In this document: in pieces, positions 1-8,953 of the stretch | Numbering within the stretch: the first letter of the stretch is position 1 | Layout: the number at the start of each line of letters is the position of its first letter | IMG/VR virus record: IMGVR_UViG_3300013104_000003 | Coordinates: 26,956 to 90,955 of that record | Direction: 5' to 3' (one strand) | DNA from: a virus | Taxonomy: Duplodnaviria > Heunggongvirae > Uroviricota > Caudoviricetes | DNA: 64,000 nt | The notes under the pieces: model-generated | Database searches by the model: none | The model's input: the letters and a program-made list of their open reading frames with translations, nothing else | What the model was told of the DNA's origin: nothing | Program-made: the position numbers and the translations under genes

Positions 1-339
1 AAGTACATCCTAAACTCTTCTGGAAAGGCAGGCATAGTGCATGGGCTGTAGCTATTGGCAACCAATACGAATATGGTGAAGATGTAGAGTTGTCTTAAAG
101 GGATTTTGAAAGTTCCACTTGTGCTCTGTAAGCCACGTATTCTGTGGTAGAGCAAATAGACATATATAATATAAGAGTAAGTTCTAGGTAATACAAATAT
201 CCCAATTCCCCTCCCAAAGACACTTAGCTTGTATTAGTAAGTGTCTATTTTTATGTCTGGAAAATATGTGAAAGCCTTTATCTGCAAGGGATGTAGGTGA
301 AGTCTACTTTCAAATAACCTGTCTCGATTGTTGAAGTGC

Positions 340-640
340 TTAACACCCTATAGGCCCGTCACCTATATGTCAACTATAATATTAAAATATCTATCAATTA
401 ATTGGCACGGCTTATGCTACTAGCAACCTTTATACCAACTAGGCTAACTGACCAGAATAAATAAACCACTTGACACTTACACCCACTGATGTTCTGACCA
501 TGTAATTGTAACAGGACTTCCGAGAATCTGTCTTATGTATAATCCTATAATGAAACTAGTTCTGAACACTGCTTATATGTCAACCATAATAATCTCTGTC
601 GCACAACTAGCACACTTCATCAGCTTATGTCAATGTATTA
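340..640. repeat. Non-coding leader with repeated motif TATATGTCAAC(T/C)ATAATA at about 365-385 and 572-593, plus a degenerate copy at about 622-638
   Basis: Direct reading. No ORF of 60 aa or more lies in 1-936. The motif carries a TATAAT-like hexamer on plus and TTGACA on minus. Confidence 0.5.
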
Positions 641-936
641 TGAGGATTGTTTGGAAGGATTGGCTAAGAGATGGCGGTTAGAGTAAGTGGAAAGGGATTG
701 GGACAGGGGAAAGTTGGAGGGAAATGACACCCAGCTTAGCCATCTCAGATGGCTTCGCCTATTGAATAGTGGTTACACTAGAGCTAATTAGTACACTTAA
801 TAGGTGTCTACAGACTAGGAAGGGTCTAGCTTACAGCGTTTGTTGGTATTACCGGAAACAATAGTATAACAGTGTTGTATTAAATATGTTGATAAGACTA
901 AGGCGTCCATTGGACGCCTAGAATAAACTACCTGCT

Positions 937-1596
937 TCAGATAGTTTTAGTCTCTACTCCGTTCATGTTGTCCTCAAGTAGTTGATAAGCTCTTTTACGC
1001 ATACTTTGATAGACGTCTTCCCTAAAGCAATCTTCCTGTAAGTACATGTCAAGGTACTCATTCAGTTGATTATACTTAGCAATCTGATAGGCTTTGTGTG
1101 CATCTTCAGGGTTGCTGAAATAACCTACGTGTTTACTCTTATCATTGTTGTCAACTCTAGCACACCTAACCAAGTAGGGCTTCTTAAGCTCGTTGATCAT
1201 GTAATCAAACTTCTTGAAGTAGTTAACGCCTAAAGGAAGCTCTACGTTAAAAACCTTTTGTGTTGACAAAATGATACATCCATTCAAGTAATCTGGTACA
1301 AAGGCACATCTTTCAGGCCCATATTCCCTGTTGCCTTTGTATAGAATGTCCTTATCCAATTGCAAACCCTTCCATTGTTGTGTTTGCATCCAATCTCTAA
1401 AGTTACTGAAGTAAAGCCAGTCAGGGTGTACAGAACAGTCCCAATAAGACTTATACTTATCTTTAGTGTCGTAGCAGCGTTTTATTACAGAAGACCATCT
1501 ACTATAATAGGGACACCAAACCTTCTTGCCATCTACATGCCAACTGACAGGTGTTTCTGAATCATTTATACCTACACCAAATACAATACTAACCAT
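937..1596 (-). CDS. Putative homing endonuclease-like protein with a C-terminal AP2-type DNA-binding motif
   Basis: 219 aa. C-terminal VGYFSNPEDAHKAYQIAK resembles AP2 domains of HNH-AP2 homing endonucleases. N-terminus is Cys/Trp-rich. Last gene of the leftward early block. Confidence 0.45.
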   Translation of the reverse strand: MVSIVFGVGINDSETPVSWHVDGKKVWCPYYSRWSSVIKRCYDTKDKYKSYWDCSVHPDWLYFSNFRDWMQTQQWKGLQLDKDILYKGNREYGPERCAFVPDYLNGCIILSTQKVFNVELPLGVNYFKKFDYMINELKKPYLVRCARVDNNDKSKHVGYFSNPEDAHKAYQIAKYNQLNEYLDMYLQEDCFREDVYQSMRKRAYQLLEDNMNGVETKTI

Positions 1597-1664
1597 TACT
1601 TCTCCTTCAATAGATAAAACTCACAGTCAAGTGAGTAAGTTTTGTTGCTCTTTTCTTACATCTT

Positions 1665-1829
1665 TCAAAGCTTCTCAAACCTAACAGGCACATATTCAGC
1701 ATACTCTTCACTCATCATAATAAACTGCTCATACATCTCAGCACGTTCTGAATAGTCCCACAGAATCAATTGAACGCCATTGATCACTTTAAGGAAGGGG
1801 ATGATGATGGGATTGTTTTCATAGTTCAT
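1665..1829 (-). CDS. Small hypothetical protein (54 aa)
   Basis: ATG at 1827-1829 to TGA. Lies in a gap between minus-strand genes. Below the ORF-track cutoff. Confidence 0.3.
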   Translation of the reverse strand: MNYENNPIIIPFLKVINGVQLILWDYSERAEMYEQFIMMSEEYAEYVPVRFEKL

Positions 1830-1961
1830 GGTGTCTGCTCTTGGTTTGTTTATAGATTATAGACTTTGAAAATTACCAGGTAAAGGGATTTCTTTTAATT
1901 TGTGACTTACCTGGATGGTCCTAAAGGGTTAAGTTACCTGGAATAAACATTCTCATACCAC

Positions 1962-1990
1962 ATAAACAACTAAAGCCCCGCAAGGGGCTA
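1962..1990 (-). terminator. Rho-independent terminator-like hairpin AGCCCC-gcaa-GGGGCT with a flanking A/T run
   Basis: Perfect 6-bp stem immediately downstream of the stop of minus gene 2011-2643. Confidence 0.45.
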
Positions 1991-2010
1991 CAGGACTCTT
2001 CAGGAAGCTT

Positions 2011-2643
2011 TTACACGCCTGGTTCGTTGTTGTATGCCTCCCAGGCGTTAACGAACTCTGGAAACTTAACCAGGAAGTCCATTGATGAGGTGATTGCATC
2101 TTGATCCTTGAAAGTGTTGACCAAGATACGTTCTACCATTTCAGTAGCCACCCCTTTAGCAAGCATTTCAGCTTTAACCAGGTTCTGAGCGATTGTGAGT
2201 GCATTATTGAATGCATCCTGGCGGGCTTGCCACTTAGCAACCGAAGCTTCTTGCAAAGCGATGTCACGAGCTTTAGAGGCTGCCTTAGCTTCCTGGTTTG
2301 CTTGGAATTGATCGTTAGTCAGACGTTCCCAGGTAGTGGTGGTTTTACCGGATTTAGGAAGGTATTTTTCAACCTTCACAACACCCTGGATGTCACAGAT
2401 ATAGAACATTGTGAAAGAGTTGTTGTAGACGTTGCCACTGCAAACAAAGGTGTTTTCTTCCTGGCATTGAGACAGAAGGAATTTAGCCTGAGCTTCAGAC
2501 TTGAACATACCGTTGTTGGACTTAACCAGGGAGGCGAAGGAAACGGCTACATTCGACATTTTGAATCTCCTGGAGAGGGTAGAGGAGGATTCCTCTGTTT
2601 CCCTTTCATGTCTGTAGTGTAGCATCCTGGTTTGTGAGGTCAA
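2011..2643 (-). CDS. Hypothetical early protein
   Basis: 210-aa minus ORF with a coiled-coil-like, A/Q-rich centre. The true start may be the internal Met (MSNVAVSF...). Confidence 0.5.
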   Translation of the reverse strand: MTSQTRMLHYRHERETEESSSTLSRRFKMSNVAVSFASLVKSNNGMFKSEAQAKFLLSQCQEENTFVCSGNVYNNSFTMFYICDIQGVVKVEKYLPKSGKTTTTWERLTNDQFQANQEAKAASKARDIALQEASVAKWQARQDAFNNALTIAQNLVKAEMLAKGVATEMVERILVNTFKDQDAITSSMDFLVKFPEFVNAWEAYNNEPGV

Positions 2644-2743
2644 GAGAATTTTCAGAAGAAAAGGAAAATAATTTAAACCTCCATCCTGGTGGGTTTATCC
2701 AGGTTATAGGTCATTGATAGCTAAACCAGGTTGGTGCAGACCA

Positions 2744-2977
2744 TCACTTCCCTTCAGCAATACAATTAATTTCCCAATCCACAGCTTCCCCATCCATATG
2801 TTCTGCTTTGAACAAGGTCATATACTCCTTGTAGGCTTCCTCTACAGGCTTGGACATCAAGAATTTACGTTCTTCTTTCAGCATTCGAATACATGTAGGC
2901 TTAGAGACAGCCTCTGTCAGTTGATACTCTTCACATGTGATGGCGGAGCAGAATATAGCAACAAGAAGCATTGACAT
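2744..2977 (-). CDS. Hypothetical early protein
   Basis: 77-aa minus ORF downstream of the predicted promoter at 3018-3046. Confidence 0.45.
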   Translation of the reverse strand: MSMLLVAIFCSAITCEEYQLTEAVSKPTCIRMLKEERKFLMSKPVEEAYKEYMTLFKAEHMDGEAVDWEINCIAEGK

Positions 2978-3017
2978 GTCCGTCTTCCTTCAAGTGGTTG
3001 TCTGTTTCAATGAGGTA

Positions 3018-3046
3018 AGTTTAATCTCCCCATCACCACCTGTCAA
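3018..3046 (-). promoter_or_regulatory. Sigma70-like promoter TTGACA-N17-TAAACT (minus strand)
   Basis: TTGACA is the reverse complement of 3041-3046. The -10 TAAACT is the reverse complement of 3018-3023, with a 17-nt spacer. Confidence 0.5.
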
Positions 3047-3098
3047 CACATTTTCGAAGAATTTATGTTATTTATTTTGAATGTTTTGTGTTTGTTAT

Positions 3099-3136
3099 GG
3101 GCAAAAGAAAAGAGCCTTCTGTGTTAGCAAGGCTCT
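3099..3136 (-). terminator. Rho-independent terminator: 8-bp stem AGAGCCTT/AAGGCTCT plus a U-run on the minus strand
   Basis: Hairpin 3111-3136 preceded on plus by aaaagaaa (a U-tract on minus). Sits just downstream of the stop of gene 3152-3538. Confidence 0.6.
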
Positions 3137-3151
3137 TTGAGGGGAGTTCTT

Positions 3152-3538
3152 TTAGTAGTCGTATGAATCTTCCATATCATCCCGGAGTGTTGTGCACCAT
3201 TCTTCGTGGTCAGCTTGTTGTTGAATAAAGCTTGGATGTGTTGCCCACTTCTTAGCCCATGCTTCTGCATGTTTCAGCTTGAAGAATGTACGACGACCAT
3301 TGTAGCTATTGCCATGAGTTACGCCCATGTCACGCAGGCTTTTGGTTGTTTCATAGTACCCTGTCGAAGAAAAAGAACTTTCAACCTTGAGTCGAATGAA
3401 AAGTGACTTTACACCTTTATCGAAGTAAGGCCTACTGACCACAAACGCCTTGTCAATACCATATACAGGGTGAGCAGTATACAAGGTTACACCGGCTTTA
3501 ACGTCTTTAACACGTACTTTAACATTTGCAGTTTTCAT
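3152..3538 (-). CDS. Hypothetical early protein
   Basis: 128-aa minus ORF flanked by a promoter upstream and a terminator downstream. Confidence 0.55.
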   Translation of the reverse strand: MKTANVKVRVKDVKAGVTLYTAHPVYGIDKAFVVSRPYFDKGVKSLFIRLKVESSFSSTGYYETTKSLRDMGVTHGNSYNGRRTFFKLKHAEAWAKKWATHPSFIQQQADHEEWCTTLRDDMEDSYDY

Positions 3539-3594
3539 TTCTGTATTCCTTCTGTTTCTGGTTTGTAGAAGCTGTTTTGCTTGTTGTTGTGGTA

Positions 3595-3623
3595 ATTATG
3601 GCCTCATCCCACAAGCCTGTCAA
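3595..3623 (-). promoter_or_regulatory. Sigma70-like promoter TTGACA-N17-CATAAT (minus strand)
   Basis: Reverse complement of 3618-3623 is TTGACA. Reverse complement of 3595-3600 is CATAAT. Confidence 0.5.
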
Positions 3624-3663
3624 CAAAAGATTTAAAGAATGTTAATTGAATAAATTTATTGGG

Positions 3664-3855
3664 TTACCAAAGCTTATAGTGCTTTCTTTCCTCCAAAATG
3701 CTCACGTGTCTCATTAGGTGTTTGTATTCCTTACCCTGCTGCCAAGCTTCTAACATCTGTCTTTCTTTTCCTACAATCTGTATACACTTTACCAAGTAAC
3801 AAACTGGAAGATATATTACAAAACAAATAAGGCCGATAGTTAGCATGAGTTGCAT
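3664..3855 (-). CDS. Small membrane protein (one TM helix)
   Basis: 63 aa with a hydrophobic stretch LMLTIGLICFVIYLPVCYLV. Stop/start abuts the neighbouring gene. Confidence 0.45.
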   Translation of the reverse strand: MQLMLTIGLICFVIYLPVCYLVKCIQIVGKERQMLEAWQQGKEYKHLMRHVSILEERKHYKLW

Positions 3856-4160
3856 TATTGCCCACTCCCATCATAACTCCACGTTTCATTCCCTATCCTC
3901 TTACTCCAGATATCGTCTGCTGTATAAGCAGACAAGGTGTTCTCTACAGAATCCCATGAGCTATAGGCTACATTGAGTTTATAGAGCTTACCAGTCTTCT
4001 TGTTCAACTTGTAGTAGGTCACATCTTTCATATCTGTATTTAGTGTGTTTACATTGTGTACAAACCAGATTGTATTATACTCGACATATGTGCATTCAAG
4101 GATGATATGTTCATAATAATCTTTTTCTAGCTTGTATTTGCTTCCCTCTGTGTATGTCAT
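3855..4160 (-). CDS. Hypothetical early protein
   Basis: 101-aa minus ORF in the packed early block. Confidence 0.5.
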   Translation of the reverse strand: MTYTEGSKYKLEKDYYEHIILECTYVEYNTIWFVHNVNTLNTDMKDVTYYKLNKKTGKLYKLNVAYSSWDSVENTLSAYTADDIWSKRIGNETWSYDGSGQ

Positions 4161-4166
4161 AACTGA

Positions 4167-4388
4167 TCACCATCCGCTATCGTTGTTCTTAACTTCATCA
4201 GCAATCTCAAACACATTTACTACAACAGCATCAACAGAATAGCTGTTATCATAGTAATGTGCTTTTGGGTCAATTCGGTATGTTTTGTGACGATTTTCCC
4301 AGTAACTTAGATTTGAGTTGCTAGGCTTCTCATCTTCCATTTCTCGATAATGTTCCCCATTAGCATCACGAATCACTATGCACCACAT
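4167..4388 (-). CDS. Hypothetical early protein
   Basis: 73-aa minus ORF in the packed early block. Confidence 0.5.
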   Translation of the reverse strand: MWCIVIRDANGEHYREMEDEKPSNSNLSYWENRHKTYRIDPKAHYYDNSYSVDAVVVNVFEIADEVKNNDSGW

Positions 4389-4560
4389 AATTATTTCTCC
4401 TTGTCAGCAAGCTTACGCAACAATTGGTTATTCTCGATTTGCAAATCCTTCATACTCTTCTTATGCTTATTACTAGCTGATACGGCACAGATGATCCAGA
4501 TAATCACCCATGGGAAGAATAAGATTGTGATGATAAAATGTACAAAGTGTGCAAAGCCGC

Positions 4561-4773
4561 TCATGATATAAGCTCCAATTCTTCCTCAGCAAAAGGCCAA
4601 TCAGTGTTGTCGCCACCAAACAATGGGAAGTCAACACTGTAGGGCCATTCGTGACCATCTTCGTAAATCCTACCAACAATTCCTTCAACACCTTTGAAAG
4701 TGCCGCCATAGGAGTTAGAAATTACAACCACTTTATCACCAACTTTAAATTTACTCATCACCACATCTCCCAA
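4561..4773 (-). CDS. Small protein of the MxKFKVGDKV paralog family
   Basis: N-terminal MSKFKVGDKVVV is shared with 9662-9859 and with the N-terminus of 35128-35568. Confidence 0.5.
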   Translation of the reverse strand: MGDVVMSKFKVGDKVVVISNSYGGTFKGVEGIVGRIYEDGHEWPYSVDFPLFGGDNTDWPFAEEELELIS

Positions 4774-4840
4774 TCAATATTCAATGTTTTCTATACAACA
4801 TGTGCTTACATTAGCTTATATTTGTGTTGTGTGTCAAGGG

Positions 4841-5305
4841 TTATTCAAAGAAAGATTGATAAATAGCTTCAACCTTTTTCTCTTCCTCTTCTTGAATTTG
4901 AACCTGTCGATAATACTCTGCTTGTTCCTTCAGCCTTGCAATAAGACGAGACTTAATGAAATCAAGCGATTCAGGAACAACTCTTACAATCCATTTACAA
5001 CGTTTTTGAGTTGGTGTCCCACGAAAAGACTCGCCATCCCACATAACAATTTTCAATGTACAGTCTTGAACATTAAAGCTCATATCAATACATTCAGAGA
5101 ATGTCGATTCTTCTTGAATGTCTGGTTTGCGGTCTTGTTCCCAAGAGTAAACACTGTAGAATTTACTGTCTACGACTTCAGCGCCTTTGTTGGCCACTAG
5201 CTTTCGGATAACAGTAAATTCACTCCATAGACCAAAGTGCCGAGAGATAATCACTTCTCCTATTCCAAGGTTTAGTAAAGCTTTAGAAATCTTGTTAGCA
5301 TCCAT
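4841..5305 (-). CDS. Hypothetical early protein
   Basis: 154-aa minus ORF with an acidic C-terminus. Confidence 0.55.
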   Translation of the reverse strand: MDANKISKALLNLGIGEVIISRHFGLWSEFTVIRKLVANKGAEVVDSKFYSVYSWEQDRKPDIQEESTFSECIDMSFNVQDCTLKIVMWDGESFRGTPTQKRCKWIVRVVPESLDFIKSRLIARLKEQAEYYRQVQIQEEEEKKVEAIYQSFFE

Positions 5306-5315
5306 CTCAATCTCC

Positions 5316-5966
5316 TCAAAAGATAATTTTCATTGCCACTAGAAACACTATAGACCCTGTACCAAAATAAATCAAGTCTTTTGGCACATTTATACGTAAT
5401 TTCACCCATGTATTCTTGCGTTCTACATCACTGCCTTTGTGGGATGTTGATGAGGGTCTTTCGTAGCTTTCTTGTGTGGATTCTTCGTGATATTCTTCAT
5501 TAGGTTCATATGATTTTGGTTTGACACTTGCAGCACGTTTATAGAGAATTTCCTGACGTTGAATCTTTGAAACGATGATGTCACGTAACTGACTGTATTC
5601 AGCTATTGACATGTCAGTTGTTTTGTATTCCTTTTCAAGCTCAATCATCTGTTCACGCAATACAGTTAAGCGTTTAGCCTGCGGTAAGATTTTGTCTTGA
5701 ATGCTGACTTTAGATTTAGGTTCAGGGTCCGCATAAGCATTGATATTTGCCTTACCATTTTTCAGTATATGCAAGGATTCTGGAATCTTTTCTGTAGGCC
5801 GATTTTGTTTGCGAAGGTGCCAATAATCTGCACCAGACAAATCCCGAGTTTCCATAGTGGCTTCGTTCTTGTACTGCCTGCCATTAGGGCTGATACCATC
5901 CCAGCTATCGTAATCACCACCGATTGTGCTATCACCGTAACCAGAACGACCTTTTGAAGTCCACAT
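5316..5966 (-). CDS. Hypothetical early protein with a C-terminal TM anchor
   Basis: 216 aa. The C-terminus IYFGTGSIVFLVAMKIIF is hydrophobic. Confidence 0.55.
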   Translation of the reverse strand: MWTSKGRSGYGDSTIGGDYDSWDGISPNGRQYKNEATMETRDLSGADYWHLRKQNRPTEKIPESLHILKNGKANINAYADPEPKSKVSIQDKILPQAKRLTVLREQMIELEKEYKTTDMSIAEYSQLRDIIVSKIQRQEILYKRAASVKPKSYEPNEEYHEESTQESYERPSSTSHKGSDVERKNTWVKLRINVPKDLIYFGTGSIVFLVAMKIIF

Positions 5967-6004
5967 AACAGAAAACTCCTAACCAAAACCAATTTCTTGA
6001 TCTC

Positions 6005-6033
6005 AGTGTAGGAGTTCTGTGTGTTGCTGTCAA
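6005..6033 (-). promoter_or_regulatory. Sigma70-like promoter TTGACA-N17-TACACT (minus strand)
   Basis: Reverse complement of 6028-6033 is TTGACA. Reverse complement of 6005-6010 is TACACT. Confidence 0.4.
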
Positions 6034-6037
6034 GCTT

Positions 6038-6448
6038 TTATTTCACCAATTCTTTCAAAGCTTCTGTGCTGCCTTTGAAATCTACATCAGGCAAAATCGT
6101 CTGTGGTTTAAACACAACCTTGTAATGATAGACGCTGACATCTGCCGAGTCAAGCTGTTCACTGAAGAATGAAACGTTATCACTCAAGCCAAGGGTGTGC
6201 TTTTTGTAAGCATTTGGACCAAGCTTGCAAGTGACTGCCACTTTCTGACCACCGGCTTCTACTTCAAACGAACACCGCCCTTCAATAGACAGCAAGTAAC
6301 TATCAGTGATTCCATTGAAGAATACGATACGTCGATTGATTTGGAAGTTATCAGCAGCTTGTGAGAGATTGCGTGAGGCTACGCTTGCATCATTCTCACA
6401 ACCAGTCAATATAGAAAACAAACTCATTAGTGCAATAATCTTTTTCAT
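6038..6448 (-). CDS. Early-expressed lipoprotein (signal peptide plus lipobox L-T-G-C)
   Basis: 136 aa. N-terminus MKKIIALMSLFSILTGC fits a type II signal peptide and lipobox. Confidence 0.6.
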   Translation of the reverse strand: MKKIIALMSLFSILTGCENDASVASRNLSQAADNFQINRRIVFFNGITDSYLLSIEGRCSFEVEAGGQKVAVTCKLGPNAYKKHTLGLSDNVSFFSEQLDSADVSVYHYKVVFKPQTILPDVDFKGSTEALKELVK

Positions 6449-6623
6449 TTCTTATCCTCTTTCTTCGGACTGCAAAGAATCGTAGAAGGCTTGTCAGCAG
6501 AATTTTTAAGCACAAGTTCAATGTTTTCATAGCAAAGCTCTTTGGTTGGATAGTCAACTATGATAATCCTGTCACAAAGTCCCCATGTCACCGCAGTGCA
6601 GATATAGAGTGTCCACATGATGT

Positions 6624-6827
6624 CTATTCCCAGTTCCTTTTAAGGTTACGCTGTTGTTTACGCTCATCTTGACGATTACGTTTGTTATCACCCCACTCAT
6701 CCTTACGCTTACTATTCATCTTAACAAACGATTCCTTGTAGCTGCATTGTTCATTATTCATTTCAGTAGGCTCGTCCGTAAAATCCGTGTAATACATGTC
6801 TTCTTGCTCAGTTGTTTGGGTTGTCAT
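6624..6827 (-). CDS. Hypothetical small acidic/basic protein
   Basis: 67-aa minus ORF. Confidence 0.4.
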   Translation of the reverse strand: MTTQTTEQEDMYYTDFTDEPTEMNNEQCSYKESFVKMNSKRKDEWGDNKRNRQDERKQQRNLKRNWE

Positions 6828-6829
6828 TA

Positions 6830-7198
6830 TTACTCTGCTTTGTCCTTGAACTTATACTTTTCTTTGGACCCGTCCACATAATGGAGAATGATTTCTTGTC
6901 GATAGTGGCTTTTCACGAATTCAGTATAAGGCGTTCCATACACTTCGGGAACTTCTGTACCGTCTTCTTCGTCTGCATAGTCTAGTGACCAACGTTCACC
7001 ACAGCAATCACAATATTCAGAATAACCACAGAAAATGTCTTCTGCACGAGCTTGAGCGTGTTTCACATCGACTGCTTGAATTGCTACATAGTGAGTGACA
7101 TCATCATTCTGGATAAAGTAGCCACCAGAGTTGTTTTGATCAAACACCCACCATTTAAAACTTACTTTAACGTCTCTCATTTCGCCTCCACATACCAT
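6830..7198 (-). CDS. Cys-rich small protein (putative metal-binding)
   Basis: 122 aa with the cluster CGYSEYCDCCGERW. Confidence 0.5.
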   Translation of the reverse strand: MVCGGEMRDVKVSFKWWVFDQNNSGGYFIQNDDVTHYVAIQAVDVKHAQARAEDIFCGYSEYCDCCGERWSLDYADEEDGTEVPEVYGTPYTEFVKSHYRQEIILHYVDGSKEKYKFKDKAE

Positions 7199-7304
7199 TG
7201 GCTATTCTGTTTGTAGCATTTAAAAGACACATATCCACTATTAGACAGTAATTCAATTTCTGCTATGGCTTCTGCTATGGTGAGGAATGCTGTGGTCATT
7301 TTAC

Positions 7305-7607
7305 TTAACCCATGCTGTTAAGAAGTTTAATGATAGCAACCAATTCAAACTCAGGCAACTTAAACAGTCCATTTGGTGGACCTTCAGCAAACACTTCGTC
7401 ACCAATTTTTAAGAACCACTGGTTATCTCGCAAGGAAAACTTACCAATCTGATGCCCACAGGTGTTTGTAAGATAGCCGCTGCTATCAACACGGTAAAGT
7501 GTTTCTCCTGTGTCCCGGCTCACAAAGCTGATCGAGTCATCTACGGTGTCCAAAACCTGATTGATAGTGCCACCTGTCCAGCGAGCTTGATCAATTACAA
7601 CTGTCAT
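7305..7607 (-). CDS. Hypothetical early protein
   Basis: 100-aa minus ORF. Confidence 0.5.
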   Translation of the reverse strand: MTVVIDQARWTGGTINQVLDTVDDSISFVSRDTGETLYRVDSSGYLTNTCGHQIGKFSLRDNQWFLKIGDEVFAEGPPNGLFKLPEFELVAIIKLLNSMG

Positions 7608-7668
7608 CTCAAATCTCCTTCAGCGCATCGGCTTGTCTTGTGTGTATGTATTTGTTGTCTACAACCAA

Positions 7669-7697
7669 ATTCTAGGCTGCTTGGATAGAGCTGTCAA
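7669..7697 (-). promoter_or_regulatory. Sigma70-like promoter TTGACA-N17-TAGAAT (minus strand)
   Basis: Reverse complement of 7692-7697 is TTGACA. Reverse complement of 7669-7674 is TAGAAT. Confidence 0.5.
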
Positions 7698-7723
7698 CGG
7701 TTATTTCAATTAAAGATTTCTAT

Positions 7724-7945
7724 CTAAGCCATGATGTCAATTAATTTAGAAATCAACGTAGCTTTCTCAGATTCCTCAAGATCACCACTTAACGTCTCGG
7801 CGAGCTTGAGAAGAAGACGTTCTGTAAACTCCACTTCAGCAATAATACTATCTGTCGCTAAGATCAACTCAACCAATTCTAGCTGATCGACACAGCTAAG
7901 ACCATAAGCCAACTCACCAGCTGGCACATTAATTTCTAGGTTCAT
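7724..7945 (-). CDS. Hypothetical small acidic protein
   Basis: 73 aa, very acidic. Stop/start overlaps the next gene. Confidence 0.45.
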   Translation of the reverse strand: MNLEINVPAGELAYGLSCVDQLELVELILATDSIIAEVEFTERLLLKLAETLSGDLEESEKATLISKLIDIMA

Positions 7946-8211
7946 TTGTAGCTCTCCAGAAGATAATTAATTTTCTTGATTCGGTCAATGTAGCCTTGTG
8001 TGTTACCATCCCATTCAACAGTATCTGCGTAGGTTAGATCCCAGTTACTCAAGTGAATCTTAGCTGCTGTCTCGCTCTGAAGGTCAATCGCATATGTCAA
8101 GTCAAATTCAACATCTGTCCAACCAGTCAAATACTCATCACCAAGATACTTGGTTGTGTCATCTGGCTGTGTTTGGGCAATAGCTTTTTGTAATGCTAGG
8201 AGGTAGGTCAT
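7942..8211 (-). CDS. Hypothetical early protein
   Basis: 89 aa. 4-nt overlap with neighbours, suggesting translational coupling. Confidence 0.5.
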   Translation of the reverse strand: MTYLLALQKAIAQTQPDDTTKYLGDEYLTGWTDVEFDLTYAIDLQSETAAKIHLSNWDLTYADTVEWDGNTQGYIDRIKKINYLLESYK

Positions 8212-8450
8212 TTTGACAACTTTTCAGACCAATAATCAAAATCGTGAAAGATGAATGGTCGAGGCTCATCTTCAACATATACGTCAGTGCCTTTAACAGT
8301 TACTGTATCAATTTCCAATCGATTGTATACAGGGGACAAGTTACCAGCAAGATAAACACCATCCTCAATTGGAAATTTTCCGTACATCAATCGTTTAGTC
8401 ATCTCAAACCCCTCCAATTTCATATTCAACTTTACGAATAAGCTCACCAC
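8208..8450 (-). CDS. Hypothetical early protein
   Basis: 80 aa with overlapping start/stop. Confidence 0.5.
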   Translation of the reverse strand: MVSLFVKLNMKLEGFEMTKRLMYGKFPIEDGVYLAGNLSPVYNRLEIDTVTVKGTDVYVEDEPRPFIFHDFDYWSEKLSK

Positions 8451-8586
8451 GATAGTGACTACTCGCTACAGGAATTCCATCCTCATCCAGACACAGCCAC
8501 ATATTCTTCTCAGACACTTTATCATGTGTCTTGCTGAATGTAAATCCTAGGCTGATGAGGATTTGCTCTGTTTGTGCTGTGTTCAT
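8404..8586 (-). CDS. Hypothetical early protein
   Basis: 60-aa minus ORF. Confidence 0.4.
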   Translation of the reverse strand: MNTAQTEQILISLGFTFSKTHDKVSEKNMWLCLDEDGIPVASSHYRGELIRKVEYEIGGV

Positions 8587-8780
8587 TTAATCTGCTCATA
8601 GCATTGTTCAAGAAAATCCACAATAACCTTAGCCCCAAACTTTGTAGGCTCATCTTTGAGGTTGTCCACTGCACGTCTAAGCTGATAAAGGCTTTCAGCA
8701 GTAAGAATAATACCCTTAGCTCGACGGTCATTTACAGATTTGAAGTTGACGTACATTACTTGTCCTCCTTGTACAACCAA
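8583..8780 (-). CDS. Hypothetical early protein
   Basis: 65 aa. Preferred over the overlapping 8522-8731 frame because of its protein-like composition. Confidence 0.4.
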   Translation of the reverse strand: MVVQGGQVMYVNFKSVNDRRAKGIILTAESLYQLRRAVDNLKDEPTKFGAKVIVDFLEQCYEQIK

Positions 8781-8953
8781 CCACTAGGAAGGCAATCGTT
8801 AGCCCATTCAAACATCTCGCCAATATCCAGCCCATAAGCAATACGCTTGTTAGTCCAGCCACAACAATCTTTGAAGGATTGAATAGTAGGATTGATCGTG
8901 TCTCGATATGACTGTTTGAATCGTTTAAAAGGTTTCATTCTGTCACCTCCCAA
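8756..8953 (-). CDS. Hypothetical early protein
   Basis: 65-aa minus ORF. Confidence 0.4.
   Translation of the reverse strand: MGGDRMKPFKRFKQSYRDTINPTIQSFKDCCGWTNKRIAYGLDIGEMFEWANDCLPSGWLYKEDK

Noticed and set aside
1-936. tRNA genes or CRISPR array in the ORF-free leader (also checked other gaps at 1600-2010, 2980-3150 and 28480-28530)
   Set aside because: No cloverleaf-compatible acceptor/T-arm patterns or regularly spaced direct repeats were seen by eye. A tRNAscan/Infernal run would be needed to exclude tRNAs completely.
2101-2622. 173-aa plus-strand ORF
   Set aside because: Fully antisense to the minus-strand gene 2011-2643 inside a uniformly minus-strand operon. Low-complexity translation. 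Likely a shadow ORF.
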